Below, in pieces: positions 18,570 through 27,554 of a DNA stretch of 64,000 bases (its first letter is position 1; the number at the start of each line of letters is the position of its first letter). The DNA comes from Dehalococcoidia bacterium (GTDB lineage: Bacteria > Chloroflexota > Dehalococcoidia > Tepidiformales > Tepidiformaceae), in the NCBI GenBank assembly GCA_020432045.1, contig JAGQHB010000024.1:78405-142404 (forward strand). Reading direction: 5' to 3'. The position numbers and the translations under genes were made by a program. The notes beneath the pieces were generated by a model. It was not told the origin of the DNA and did not search any database. It saw nothing but the letters and a program-made list of their open reading frames with translations.

Positions 18570-20255
18570 CTACTTCTTGAGGCCCCAGTACTCAGGATTC
18601 CAGTCGCCGGGGACGAACGTGTCGCCAGGGCGCTTCCACTCCACCATGCCGGTGATCGTGTCCTTCACGACGAACGCGGCCAGCGTGTGGTAGATGGGAG
18701 CGATGCCGCTCGCCTGCTCAAGGAGCACCTTCTCAGCGTCGCGGTAGGCCTTGCGCCGGGCTTCGTCGTTCGTGTTGAACTTCGCTCCCGCAATCAGGTC
18801 GTCGAGTGCCTTGATGCTGGTCTTGGTCTTGTTGATCGAGCCGTCAGTTTCCCAGAGGCCGATGAACCAGTTCTCCGGGTCCGGGTAGTCCTCCTGCCAG
18901 CCGCCAAGGACCAGCTGGAAGTCTGTTGCGTTGAAACGCGCCGACCGGGTCTTCGAGTCCACGAACTCGAGCTTCAGGTCGATGCCAAGGTGCTTCTTCC
19001 ACTCAGCCTGCAGGAACTCGCCAGCCAGCTTGTTGGTCTGAGAGTCGGTTTGCAGAAGCGTGATGGACGGGAAACCCTTGCCGTCGGGATAGCCAGCCTT
19101 CGCCAGCGCGGCCTTTGCTTTGGCGGCATCGAATGCGAGGTACTGGTCATACTCGCCGCCCTTGAGCCCATTGCGCGCCGGGGGGACCCAGCTGGTGGTG
19201 GCCGTGTTTCCGTCTTGGAAGACGACTTTCATCATCGTCACACGGTCTGTCGCTTCCGAAAGCGCAAGGCGCACATCCGGGTTCTTCAGTGTCGCATCGG
19301 TCATGTTGAATTCGATGCCGATGGTCCGCGTGGCCGGGTACAGGAAGAGCTGCTTGTCTTCCACGAATTCGGTCTTGAGCTTGTCGAGCTCCGCTTTATT
19401 CGCCAGCGTCGCCTGCACTTCGTTCGTGCGGAATGCGTTGTTCAGCACGGCATCGTCATCGACGTACTTGAGGACGATCTTGTCGAGGTTGGGCTTCTGC
19501 TTGCCCGCCCAGTTCGGGTTCGGGATCAGCTCCATGCTCGACTTCTCGGTGTACGCGCTCGGCATGAACGGGCCGTTGTACACATTCTCCATCGGGCCAG
19601 GCCACGCCGCGTTCGGCGATGCCACCTTGTGGCTCGGGATCGGGAACGTCGGCCAGAGGGCCAGCAGGATCGGGAACGTCGGCTGAGCGGCACTCAATTT
19701 GATCTCAACCGTCAGGTCGTCCTTGGCGGACACGCCAAGTGCCTTCAGGAGCGTGTCCTTCTCGGCATCCGATGCTTTGGTGGCACCGTAGTAGTCATCG
19801 CAACCAACGATCGCGGTCAGGATGTACTGGTAGTGTCCGGCGTTGTCCGGGTTGCAGGTGCGCTGGATGCCAAGCACGAAGTCCTTCGCGGTCAGCGGCT
19901 GCCCGTCCGACCACTTCAGGTCCTTCTGCAGCTTGATCGTGTACGTCTTGCCGTCGGGAGAGACTGTTGGGTCCCCATCAGCCATAGCTGCGACGGGCTT
20001 GTTGTCGAGGTCCAGCTCGTACATGCCGCGCCACACCTTGAAGTAGTGAGCGATGTCCTGGGCGAAGTCGCTGAAGTGCGGGTCCCAGGTCTCGAATTGC
20101 TTGGCACCGATCGTAATCGTGCCACCCTTGGCTGCGGCAGCGCCGCCACCGCCCCCACCGTCGTCATCGTCGTCGTCGCCACAGGCGACGGCAACGCTCA
20201 GCACAGCGAAGAGCGAAAGAAGGCCGAATAACAGCCTCCATTTCGAACTGGTCAT
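18570..20255 (-). CDS. ABC transporter substrate-binding lipoprotein, family 5 (peptide/nickel type)
   Basis: ATG at 20255 preceded by AAGGAGG. Signal peptide with lipobox LSVAVAC, then an Asp/Gly linker and family-5 SBP body. The track start at 20297 is GTG. Confidence 0.9.
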   Translation of the reverse strand: MTSSKWRLLFGLLSLFAVLSVAVACGDDDDDDGGGGGGAAAAKGGTITIGAKQFETWDPHFSDFAQDIAHYFKVWRGMYELDLDNKPVAAMADGDPTVSPDGKTYTIKLQKDLKWSDGQPLTAKDFVLGIQRTCNPDNAGHYQYILTAIVGCDDYYGATKASDAEKDTLLKALGVSAKDDLTVEIKLSAAQPTFPILLALWPTFPIPSHKVASPNAAWPGPMENVYNGPFMPSAYTEKSSMELIPNPNWAGKQKPNLDKIVLKYVDDDAVLNNAFRTNEVQATLANKAELDKLKTEFVEDKQLFLYPATRTIGIEFNMTDATLKNPDVRLALSEATDRVTMMKVVFQDGNTATTSWVPPARNGLKGGEYDQYLAFDAAKAKAALAKAGYPDGKGFPSITLLQTDSQTNKLAGEFLQAEWKKHLGIDLKLEFVDSKTRSARFNATDFQLVLGGWQEDYPDPENWFIGLWETDGSINKTKTSIKALDDLIAGAKFNTNDEARRKAYRDAEKVLLEQASGIAPIYHTLAAFVVKDTITGMVEWKRPGDTFVPGDWNPEYWGLKK

Positions 20256-20579
20256 ACGCGTTCCCTCCTTGGTTGGACCGAACGGTAGGTTAGGCACAAC
20301 TCACCGGTAAGGTCAATGCAACTTAACAGAATATTGGAGCGGTGACTTTGGCTGTGCTTGGCCCTGCTCACCTCCGCCCTGGCAGTATCCCGGACACACC
20401 CCTTTGCAGTGCGTGCCGTCGCTTTCGGTACGAATCCGCGCCGTCCGGGGATTGCTCCAAGTGCGCTCCCGCGCGTTCCACTGAAATGTCGGCCCTCTGC
20501 GGACGACACTCAGGTGTCACCACCGTGACGCTTCGTGTATCGATAGTGACCGGCAGGATTTTCGCCCCCGTTGCCACGC

Positions 20580-21047
20580 CTAGCGGCAACCGGCACAAAG
20601 GCCGTAAAGCTCAACGCTATGGCCCGCGAGATCGAACCCGCGCCGGTCTGCATTCGCCTGGATGATCGCGTCCAGGCCAGGGTCCACAAACTCCGAAACG
20701 CGCCCGCATTGGCTGCAAATCAGATGGTGGTGATGGTCGCCCTGTGACAGCTCGTAGCGGATGCCGCCGTCCTCCAGCACCATCCGGCAAACAAAATCGG
20801 ACTCCTGCAGCAGCTTCACCGTCCGGTACACCGTCGCCCGGCCAACCTCGGGCAATGCTGCCGCCAGTTCTTCGATCGTGAACGGCCCCTCGATGCTGGC
20901 GATCGCCCTCAGCACTTCCCGGCGTGCCCCCGTCACCCTCACGCCAGAATTCGCCAGGCGGCTCGTTACGGTGTCGGTCACGTTCACATCGGGATCGTAG
21001 AAATCGCACATTCGCCCTGTCAACGCACGCCCGGCTTGATTCCCCAC
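20580..21047 (-). CDS. Fur family transcriptional regulator (Fur/Zur/Nur/PerR not distinguishable)
   Basis: Sequence RREVLRAI...GRATVYRTVKLL...HHHHLICSQCGRV...CAGC. An alternative start exists at 21011. Confidence 0.85.
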   Translation of the reverse strand: MGNQAGRALTGRMCDFYDPDVNVTDTVTSRLANSGVRVTGARREVLRAIASIEGPFTIEELAAALPEVGRATVYRTVKLLQESDFVCRMVLEDGGIRYELSQGDHHHHLICSQCGRVSEFVDPGLDAIIQANADRRGFDLAGHSVELYGLCAGCR

Positions 21048-21118
21048 CCAGCATGCGTAGAATCCGGGTTGAGCCCGGTTTCCCCGCCGGTCCGGTCAGC
21101 ACAAGGTCGGAGATTACG

Positions 21119-21526
21119 ATGCGCGCTGACACTACTGATGTGGCCTTCCGCCTGCTCCTCGCTCTCGGAGAAATCTGGGACGGACTCCAGCGGGCGGATA
21201 TTGACCCCGCCGTTCGTGGCCTCTACCTCACCCGCGAATACCTCGGCGGCTACACCCGCTTCTCCGCCGGCCCCTCTTCCACGCCGCGCCTTGTCGTTGA
21301 GTGGAATGAATCATCCCGCCACCTGCGCGTCCTTCGGTGCACTGATTGGCCCGGTTTCGACCGCCTTATCTCCACCACGATTGGATACGTCCGTGATGAG
21401 GCCCGGAAAGCCGGGATCAGCGACACCGTCGAAGAAACCCTCGTGCGTGCCTGCCAGACGCCGTTGCCCGTTCGCCGCACCGTCTTTTCCAACGCCTCCG
21501 AGCCTCTCGTCGCCCGCCGCGCATAG
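21119..21526 (+). CDS. Hypothetical protein (135 aa)
   Basis: Internal ATG of ORF 20924..21526, preceded by AGGTCGGAG and divergent from the Fur gene. No family recognised. Confidence 0.4.
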   Translation: MRADTTDVAFRLLLALGEIWDGLQRADIDPAVRGLYLTREYLGGYTRFSAGPSSTPRLVVEWNESSRHLRVLRCTDWPGFDRLISTTIGYVRDEARKAGISDTVEETLVRACQTPLPVRRTVFSNASEPLVARRA

Positions 21527-21530
21527 AGCG

Positions 21531-22505
21531 CTACTGCCGCTGCGCCCAGTCCTTTGCGTGGTACGTGATCACAATGTCCGCGCCCGCCCTGCGGATCGCC
21601 GTCAGCGTCTCATCGACCGCCCGGTCGCCGTCGATCCACCCACGCTCGGCCGCGGCCATCAGCATGCTGTACTCGCCGCTCACGTTGTACGCCGCTACCG
21701 GCACGTCCACCGCCTCGCGCACGCTTCGCAGTACGTCCAGGTACGGCAGCGCTGGCTTCACCATCACCATGTCCGCGCCCTCGCCCACGTCTGTTAACGC
21801 CTCGTCAAGGGCCATCCGTGCATTCGCCGGGTCCATCTGGTAGCCACGCCGGTCTCCGAAGGCAGGGGCGCTGTCCGCGGCTTCACGGAAGGGCCCATAG
21901 AAGGCGCTCGCGAACTTGGCCGAGTACGAAAGCAGGACCGTCTCACCCAGCCCGGCACCGTCCAGCGCTGCTCGGATCACTGCGACTCGTCCGTCCATCA
22001 TGTCGCTCGGCGCGATCACATCGCATCCCGCCTCCGCGAGGCTCACGCTTGTCTCTGCCAGCAACGGCAGCGTCCCGTCGTTGTCCACGCTTCCATCCGC
22101 GCGCAGCACCCCGCAGTGCCCATGGCTCGTGTATTCGCAAAGGCAGACATCGCCGATCACCACCAGGCCCGGCGCCGCTTCCTTCAGCCGCCGCGTCGCC
22201 TCCTGCACGATCCCATCCGCGGCCCAGGCGCCACTGCCAACCTCGTCCTTCGCTTCCGGCAGACCGAAGAGCAGCATGCCGCCGATCCCGAGCCTGGAGA
22301 CGGTGCGGGCCTCCTCGGCAACCGCGTCCAACCCAAGCCGGAACTGCCCAGGCATCGCTTCGATCGGCGTTCGGCCTGAGAGTCCCGCCTGCACGAAGAT
22401 TGGATAGATCAGGTGCGCCGGCGTGAGCTCCGTCTCCCGCACCAGCCCGCGCATGGCAGCGGTCCGTCGCAGCCGCCGGTGACGCCGGAAGTTGAGGTTT
22501 TCCAT
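21531..22505 (-). CDS. hemB: Porphobilinogen synthase (delta-aminolevulinate dehydratase), Zn-type
   Basis: Sequence LIYPIFV, Cys-rich Zn site DVCLCEYTSHGHCG and active-site region MVMVKPALPYLDV. Trimmed to ATG 22505 (MENLNFRR), just downstream of the DUF35 gene stop. Confidence 0.9.
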   Translation of the reverse strand: MENLNFRRHRRLRRTAAMRGLVRETELTPAHLIYPIFVQAGLSGRTPIEAMPGQFRLGLDAVAEEARTVSRLGIGGMLLFGLPEAKDEVGSGAWAADGIVQEATRRLKEAAPGLVVIGDVCLCEYTSHGHCGVLRADGSVDNDGTLPLLAETSVSLAEAGCDVIAPSDMMDGRVAVIRAALDGAGLGETVLLSYSAKFASAFYGPFREAADSAPAFGDRRGYQMDPANARMALDEALTDVGEGADMVMVKPALPYLDVLRSVREAVDVPVAAYNVSGEYSMLMAAAERGWIDGDRAVDETLTAIRRAGADIVITYHAKDWAQRQ

Positions 22506-22539
22506 CAGACCACTCCTGCCCCCGGCCACTTTCGCACAC

Positions 22540-22959
22540 TCACGCAGGCGTGAAATACGGCATCGCGAGGTCTGCCGATACGTCGTCGTCCCAGACAACC
22601 CGCACCGGTCCGCCGATTGGTACATTTTCGGGGTCGGCGTCCACCAGCAGCGACGACATCCTCGGCCCTTCCTCCAGCGTCACCGCCGCAAGGATATATG
22701 GGGTGTCCTCGGCGAAGTCGGGCGACTGCGCCCGGCGGCACACCGTATAGCTGTACAGCGTTCCCCGGCCGCTCGCCTCCACCCATTCGAACTCCTTCGC
22801 GAGACACGCCGGGCAGTGAGTCCGTGCGTAGTAGAAGACGTGGGCGCAGGCGCTGCATTTCTGTAGCAGCAGCTTGTGTTGCTTCGTCCCGTCCCAGAAA
22901 GGCTGCGTCACCGGTGTTGGGAACGGCACGGGCTGTGTCCCATTGCGATACCGTGGCAT
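22540..22959 (-). CDS. DUF35 Zn-ribbon/OB-fold protein (thiolase-partner family)
   Basis: Sequence FWDGTKQHKLLLQKCSACAHVFYYARTHCPAC followed by an OB-fold segment. It starts 1 nt after the stop of the thiolase-like gene. Confidence 0.85.
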   Translation of the reverse strand: MPRYRNGTQPVPFPTPVTQPFWDGTKQHKLLLQKCSACAHVFYYARTHCPACLAKEFEWVEASGRGTLYSYTVCRRAQSPDFAEDTPYILAAVTLEEGPRMSSLLVDADPENVPIGGPVRVVWDDDVSADLAMPYFTPA

Positions 22960-22960
22960 C

Positions 22961-24157
22961 TCAGTCCCCCCTCAGGATGAGCGACACCTGCTCGCTCATG
23001 ATTCCACCGTTCCCGTTGACGAACGCCGTGTCGCACTTCGCCAGCTGGCGGCCTTCAGCTCTCCCCGCGATCTGCAGGTACGCCTCGGTCACATGGGACA
23101 TCCCGCCCGCGAGACCGCTTTGACCGAAACTCAGCTGTCCGCCGTGCGTATTCATCGGCCAGTCGCCGAGGTACGTCATATTGTGTTCGTCCACGAAACG
23201 TGGCCCTTCGCCCTTGTCGCAGAACCCGGCATCTTCGATCGTCAGCAGAACCGTGATCGTGTAGCAGTCATAGAGCGACGCCAGGTCAATCTCGCTGCGC
23301 TTTAACCCGGACATCGCGAATGCCCGGTCCGCCGAAGGTTTGATTGGCGAATGCGTAAAGTCCGGCTCGTACGTCACCGAACGGTGCGTCAGGTGTTCCC
23401 CCGCACCGATGATCCATGCCGGGCGGTTCTTGCTCTGGCGTGCCTTCTCCTTGCTCGTGATTACCAGTGCTGCTCCGCCAAAGCACGGCATCACGATTTC
23501 CAGCAGCTTCAGGGGGTCACAGATCATCGGCGAGTTCATCACGTCATCGAGCGTGATCGGCTGTCCCCGAAACACCGCCTTCGGGTGCTGCTGGGCATTA
23601 AACCGCTGCTCGACCGCGATCTTTGCGAGCTGTTCTTCCTTGAGCCCGAATTCGTAACGGTACCGGTTCGCGATCATCGCGTACCCATACGTTCCCTGCA
23701 CATGCCCGAATGGGATCTCGAATTCCGCCTGTGGCGAACCCCAGATCCCGCCGCCCCAATCCCGCGCAACAGCTGCCTGTTCGACGCGCGGGTCCGGTGG
23801 ACTCATCTGCGTCTGCACGAGGCACACGACGGTCTCGCACATCCCGGCTTCGATTGCCGCCGCGGCCCGCCAGGCCATGGCCGCCCCCGTTGCACCGCCC
23901 AGGTCCACGACATCGAAGAAATTCGCCCGGATCCCCAGGTACTCGGCGATCGCCGACGGCACCAGCATCCGCGCTTCCATCAAGTTTGTTCCGGTAATCA
24001 CGCCGTCCACGTCGGATGCCTTCAAGCCCGCGTCTTCTAGCGCCATTCGAGCTAGCTCCGCGTACGCCTCCAACCCCATCCAGAGCTTGTCGGGCTTCCG
24101 CTTCGGCGCCCATTCCGCGCTCCCCACAATCGCAGCCTCGCCACGTAGACCTGCCAT
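22961..24157 (-). CDS. Thiolase-fold protein, SCP-x/Ltp2-like, nucleophile Cys not conserved
   Basis: Thiolase-like sequence with NTHGGQLS near the C-terminus. The position of the CASG nucleophile motif reads GGATGAA. GGAGG RBS upstream. Confidence 0.8.
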   Translation of the reverse strand: MAGLRGEAAIVGSAEWAPKRKPDKLWMGLEAYAELARMALEDAGLKASDVDGVITGTNLMEARMLVPSAIAEYLGIRANFFDVVDLGGATGAAMAWRAAAAIEAGMCETVVCLVQTQMSPPDPRVEQAAVARDWGGGIWGSPQAEFEIPFGHVQGTYGYAMIANRYRYEFGLKEEQLAKIAVEQRFNAQQHPKAVFRGQPITLDDVMNSPMICDPLKLLEIVMPCFGGAALVITSKEKARQSKNRPAWIIGAGEHLTHRSVTYEPDFTHSPIKPSADRAFAMSGLKRSEIDLASLYDCYTITVLLTIEDAGFCDKGEGPRFVDEHNMTYLGDWPMNTHGGQLSFGQSGLAGGMSHVTEAYLQIAGRAEGRQLAKCDTAFVNGNGGIMSEQVSLILRGD

Positions 24158-24408
24158 ACGGAACCTCCTGAGTCATGCCATGCTCCCGCGTGGCAAGTCG
24201 CCATAGTAGGCCGGTCGCGCTGAACCTGCTACGCCACTTTCACTTGCTCGCTGATGGGTAGGAGGCGTCGAAATGGAAGCCAGGCAGATAGGGACGCGCA
24301 CTGGGCCCGGTACTCCTGGCGCCAGCATGGTGCAGCGCCCCAATCTTGTTTTTCGGCCGCGCTGGTATGCTCACGCCCACGAACCACGCGACGCGCAAGG
24401 ACCTCCCC

Positions 24409-25206
24409 ATGCCCTATTCCGATCTCGTCTTCGAACGCCGCGACCACGTCGCAGTCATCACCCTCAACCGCCCGGAAAAGCTCAACGCCCTCGGCAAGAA
24501 CCTCCAGGACGAAATGCGCGCCGCCTGCGACGAAGCGAAAAACGACGATGCGGTCCGTGCCGTGGTTTGGACCGGGGCTGGGCGCGGCTTCTGCTCAGGC
24601 GCGGACCTGACCGGTGTTCGCTCTGATGGAGAGAGCGTAGCTCCCCAGAATGAGCGCCTCGACGAGATGGGATGGGTTGGACGCCAGGCTATGGCCATCT
24701 ACAACCTGGACAAGCCCACGATCGCAGCCGTCAACGGAGTTGCGGCCGGTGCAGGGATGAGCCTGGCTCTTGCCTGTGATATTCGCGTTGGTTCCCGTGA
24801 TGCCCGCTTCAAGACCGTGTTCATCGAGCGCAGCCTCTCGCCCGATTCGGGCATGAGCTTCTTCCTCCCCCGGATCATTGGCTACGGTCGGGCCGCTGAC
24901 CTGATCTTCACCAGCCGCGCCGTCAATGCCGAAGAGGCCTATCGCCTCGGCCTGCTCGACCGCCTCATCGAAGGCGACGATCTCGTTGACCAGGCCGTTG
25001 CGCTCGCCAACGACATCACCCGCTGGCCGCCGGTGGCCATGCGAAGTGCCAAGCGTGTCCTCCAGCACAATCTCCAGGTCGACCTCGAAGAAGCCCTGCG
25101 ATTCGAATACGCCGGGCTCACCTACGCCCGCCGCGCACCCCACGACGTCGCCGAATCCCTCAGGAGCTTCATCGAAAAGCGGACCCCGCACTACACCGGC
25201 GAATAG
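24409..25206 (+). CDS. Enoyl-CoA hydratase/isomerase family
   Basis: Sequence MPYSDLVFERRDHVAVITLNRPEKLNAL...GAGRGFCSGADL. Trimmed from 24346. Confidence 0.85.
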   Translation: MPYSDLVFERRDHVAVITLNRPEKLNALGKNLQDEMRAACDEAKNDDAVRAVVWTGAGRGFCSGADLTGVRSDGESVAPQNERLDEMGWVGRQAMAIYNLDKPTIAAVNGVAAGAGMSLALACDIRVGSRDARFKTVFIERSLSPDSGMSFFLPRIIGYGRAADLIFTSRAVNAEEAYRLGLLDRLIEGDDLVDQAVALANDITRWPPVAMRSAKRVLQHNLQVDLEEALRFEYAGLTYARRAPHDVAESLRSFIEKRTPHYTGE

Positions 25207-25266
25207 CAGCCGCTGCGGCGATGCCGCGAGCAATTCGCCACAGTTCTCCCGGCTCTGCGAAAACGC

Positions 25267-26040
25267 CTATCGGGCGGCCCGCAGCCCGCCGCTCCCGCGC
25301 GGACTCGCCGCGGCCGCCTGCGCGAACCAGGTTTCGCCGTCCACGCCCGGCCAGAGCGCCCGTAACGTCTTCTTGATCGCCGGTGCCCCCGTTGGCGGAT
25401 ACGCCGCCAGCCGCTCAGCGAGTGCCCTCGCTTCAGCAACCACGTCCCCGTCATCCACGGCAGTGTGTGCAACGCCCATCGCGACGAGCTGGTCGCCCGT
25501 GAACCGGTCGCCGGTGAGCGCCAGCCGCGCCGCCACAGCCTCGCTATGCCGCAAGCGCAACCATGCCAGGTTCATCGGCGCCCCGATCCCTTGCTGAATC
25601 TCGCCAACCTGCAGGTAGGATTCCCGCCCCGCCACCAGCAGGTCGCAGCTCAATGCCAGCGCACCGCCACCGTTGATCGCGTACCGCTCAAGGGCACCGA
25701 CTATCAGCTTCGGACAGTCGTAGATCGCTGCGTGCGTTCCGCGCCAGTACGTGTGGAAGTCGCCAAGCCATTCGGGCTTCGGCTCCGCGTTGAACTCCTT
25801 CAGGTCGAGCCCTGAGCTAAACGCCCCTCCCGCTCCCCGAAGCACAATCGTGCTGACTGCCTCCTCTTTCGCCAGCGCTCTGAACGCGTCCCCCAGCCCT
25901 TTGGCCAGCGGACCCGTCACTGCGTTCTTCCGCTCCGGCCGGTTCATCACGACTTCCGCGACGGCCCCGTGTCGTTCGACATACACCACGTCATCTGCCA
26001 TAGCCCCGATGCTGCGAGCCCGCGTCATGCCCGTCAACAT
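25267..26040 (-). CDS. Enoyl-CoA hydratase/isomerase family
   Basis: Sequence AEVVMNRPERKNAV...LRGAGGAFSSGLDL. Alternative ATG at 26001. Confidence 0.85.
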   Translation of the reverse strand: MLTGMTRARSIGAMADDVVYVERHGAVAEVVMNRPERKNAVTGPLAKGLGDAFRALAKEEAVSTIVLRGAGGAFSSGLDLKEFNAEPKPEWLGDFHTYWRGTHAAIYDCPKLIVGALERYAINGGGALALSCDLLVAGRESYLQVGEIQQGIGAPMNLAWLRLRHSEAVAARLALTGDRFTGDQLVAMGVAHTAVDDGDVVAEARALAERLAAYPPTGAPAIKKTLRALWPGVDGETWFAQAAAASPRGSGGLRAAR

Positions 26041-26082
26041 CTGCCAGTAACAGGAGCCTATCTGCTCTGTGCCTCGTGGTAG

Positions 26083-26349
26083 TTAGGCGCCGACAACCAG
26101 GGGAATACCTGCCCGCTCCGCCGCCGATGCAACGCGTTCCCACGCACGTTCCAACTCCTCGATGACGGTGACCGGTATTGCCCACATTGCCTGGCGGTTC
26201 TCGATCGAACAGACGCTGCACGGGTGCGGGGATTGCCACTCGTGGTTCACTCGATGCTCCATCAGAACCTGCTGCAAAGTGACACGAAACGACCCCCCGC
26301 ACGCATTGCACCGCCGCTCGAAAAATGCGCAGCTCAGCAGGCTATTCAT
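26083..26349 (-). CDS. Small Cys4 (putative zinc-ribbon) protein, 88 aa
   Basis: CNAC...27 aa...CSVC. Its ATG overlaps the cupin stop (ATGAATAG). No family recognised. Confidence 0.45.
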   Translation of the reverse strand: MNSLLSCAFFERRCNACGGSFRVTLQQVLMEHRVNHEWQSPHPCSVCSIENRQAMWAIPVTVIEELERAWERVASAAERAGIPLVVGA

Positions 26350-26719
26350 CTCCGCCAGTCACGGTGAGCACCACGACGGTCTGTTCTTGCGCCGTTAGGT
26401 CATGCCGGACTCCCGGCTGCATCAACACCATCTCGCCTGGGCGCACGTCAAAGCTCTCACCATTCGCGGCTACCACGGCATGGCCGCGCACCACACGGAC
26501 AATAACGACACCGTCGGCGGAATGCTCCCGGAGAGCATCACCGCCCTCCATCGCCATCATCAGCACCGAGACTCCGTGCTCGCGGACAAGGCTCTCCGTT
26601 TGGCGCCGATGGCCCGGCAACTTCGCGATTAGCCGGTCGGCCTTGGACTCCAGGTCCAGGTAGTGGATAGGCGCCGGTTTGGGGTATGGCCCTGTCGGCG
26701 TTGTCGTCGTGGTTGGCAT
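26342..26719 (-). CDS. Cupin domain protein
   Basis: Sequence GDALREHSADGVVIVRVVRGHAVVAANGESFDVRPGEMVLMQPGVRHDL. Start placed at ATG 26719, behind GGGAGGAGGAG. The track start at 26755 is GTG. Confidence 0.7.
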   Translation of the reverse strand: MPTTTTTPTGPYPKPAPIHYLDLESKADRLIAKLPGHRRQTESLVREHGVSVLMMAMEGGDALREHSADGVVIVRVVRGHAVVAANGESFDVRPGEMVLMQPGVRHDLTAQEQTVVVLTVTGGDE

Positions 26720-26879
26720 GTGCTCCTCCTCCCGGTCGGCCGCTGGCTCCATCACGCAATCGAGGAGCGGTTGGCGTTAAGGGGCCGGCGCAACTGGCCG
26801 CACAACCACCATAGTCCGCAGCACAGGGGCCTTCAACGCCGGCACCGGGCACAATGGAGGAAAAGCCGGAGGCGTACTC

Positions 26880-27476
26880 ATGCCCACCGATATCGACATC
26901 ACGCTGGAGCCCATGGCGGGCCTCACTCGAGAACACAAAGTGATCGACGCGGTGGTCGAATCCACCAGGGCCGCCGCCGAAGCTGCCGTCCGCGACGAAG
27001 GCAACGCCGAGTTGGCCGCCTCTGCTCTCCTCGCCATTCGTGAGCTTGAAGAGTTTATGGACAAACGCCTCGCACTCCATATCGCCAAGGAAGAGGAAGT
27101 TCTCTTCCCCGCGCTGCGGCTCGATGCCCCCCTCACAAAGGCCGTCGACGAGCTGATCGAGCAACACGACGAAGTCCGCGACCGCCATGCCGACCTGGTG
27201 GCCGCCCTCGAAGAACTCGACCAGGCACACGCAGAGGTCGACGCGGAGCGTGCCCGTCTCAGCGACGGGTTGCGCGCCGCCGGGTCCCTGCCAACTGCCG
27301 GACAGCTGAACGAACTCTGGGAGACGGTCCGCCGCCTCCATTGGATCCTCCAGGGGCATTTCGGCGACGAGGAAGACGACCTGTTCCTGCCGGCCGAGAC
27401 ACTCCTCACCGCCGATCAGCTCAAGGAACTCGAACACGAGACAGCTGAGCTTGAAAAGAACTGGCTGACACCCTGA
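26880..27476 (+). CDS. Hemerythrin HHE cation-binding domain protein
   Basis: Two HHE-type motifs: HIAKEEEVLFPAL and HFGDEEDDLFLPA. GGAGG lies 7 nt upstream of the ATG. Confidence 0.7.
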   Translation: MPTDIDITLEPMAGLTREHKVIDAVVESTRAAAEAAVRDEGNAELAASALLAIRELEEFMDKRLALHIAKEEEVLFPALRLDAPLTKAVDELIEQHDEVRDRHADLVAALEELDQAHAEVDAERARLSDGLRAAGSLPTAGQLNELWETVRRLHWILQGHFGDEEDDLFLPAETLLTADQLKELEHETAELEKNWLTP

Positions 27477-27554
27477 ACTCTCGGCACCGCCATCCGGCAG
27501 CCCGCTGGCCCGGGAACTCGTAGAATTCCCGCACACCAACCCGGAGCGATACCA

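Noticed and set aside
20134-20180. Simple-sequence run (gcc/gtc triplets)
   Set aside because: It encodes the Gly/Asp linker (DDDDDDGGGGGG) just after the lipobox of the SBP. It is a normal low-complexity tether, not a repeat element.
18270-20231. 653-aa plus-strand ORF
   Set aside because: It is antisense to the family-5 SBP gene. It is rich in Arg, Val and Leu with no recognisable motif, whereas the SBP frame has an RBS, lipobox and family signature. It is a typical high-GC shadow ORF.
20256-20579. Possible cobalamin riboswitch in the SBP leader
   Set aside because: There are local resemblances (GGAGCAAUCC, GGGAUACUGCC as a B12-box-like string, CACUGCAAAGGGG). However, the invariant CCCGCnACUGU and GCCACUG elements are absent, so I do not call it. 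It is kept only as an unexplained long leader.
26083-26755. Cupin plus Cys-rich mini-protein as a split ChrR-type zinc anti-sigma factor
   Set aside because: The Cys pattern (CNAC, HPCSVC) does not fit the H-x3-C-x2-C ZAS motif. No ECF sigma gene is nearby.
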